Source: Gemmatimonadota bacterium (lineage in GTDB: Bacteria; Gemmatimonadota; Gemmatimonadetes; Gemmatimonadales; Gemmatimonadaceae). From it: a DNA stretch of 15,071 nt. The notes under the pieces are model-generated. The model saw only the letters and a program-made list of their open reading frames with translations, ran no database searches and had not been told where the DNA came from. The translations under genes were made by a program, and so were the position numbers. How positions within the stretch are numbered: the first letter of the stretch is position 1; each line of letters starts with the position of its first letter. Of this stretch, positions 14,940 to 15,071 are shown in pieces. The DNA lies in contig JANMLN010000065.1 in assembly GCA_031372565.1 (NCBI GenBank), positions 1-15,071 on the forward strand, written 5' to 3'.

Positions 14940-15071
14940 CGGTTGTAGAAACGACGAACGGTGGCGATGACGTAGGCGACGTCCTCGTCGCTGATCATCG
15001 TGTTGAGCGGGAGCATGAGGCAGCGCGTGAAGAACCGGTCGGTGACCGGGAGCGAGACCTGCATCTTGTGG
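14936..15071 (-). CDS. DegT/DnrJ/EryC1/StrS family sugar aminotransferase, C-terminal fragment (5' truncated by window edge)
   Basis: Manual translation gives ...HKMQVSLPVTDRFFTRCLMLPLNTMISDEDVAYVIATVRRFYNR*, a typical LPxT...LxLP...DVxYV...F-Y DegT C-terminus. Its stop overlaps the transketolase-N ATG. Not in the ORF track. Confidence 0.85.
   Translation of the reverse strand, partial: HKMQVSLPVTDRFFTRCLMLPLNTMISDEDVAYVIATVRRFYNR

Overview
High-GC (about 70% by eye) bacterial chromosomal window; gene style and order suggest Gemmatimonadota (inference only). It opens with the 3' end of an IS256-family element (transposase C-terminus 1-102, terminal inverted repeat ending at 140, both missed by the ORF track) abutting a solo REP-like hairpin. 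A minus-strand run follows, in transcription order: DMT/EamA transporter, asnB, class 3 asparaginase, CMD-like protein, obgE, dprA. A full doublet of the same REP-like repeat fills the gap between the DMT gene and a divergent heptose-7-phosphate kinase gene. Then come tRNA-Ile2(CAT), tRNA-Val(CAC), a large Wza/KpsD-like SLBB exporter, a 475-bp stretch that looks decayed, and the convergent end of a surface-polysaccharide operon (DegT-family aminotransferase, transketolase-N, phosphoglycosyl transferase, transketolase-C, Wzz-like). The best leads are (i) YGTC-tagged palindromes with covarying stems around an invariant GA-GCGAAGC-GA core, one apparently hit by IS256 and two possibly acting as a bidirectional promoter, (ii) a split transketolase interrupted by a translationally coupled sugar transferase, and (iii) an asnB-asparaginase coupled pair.
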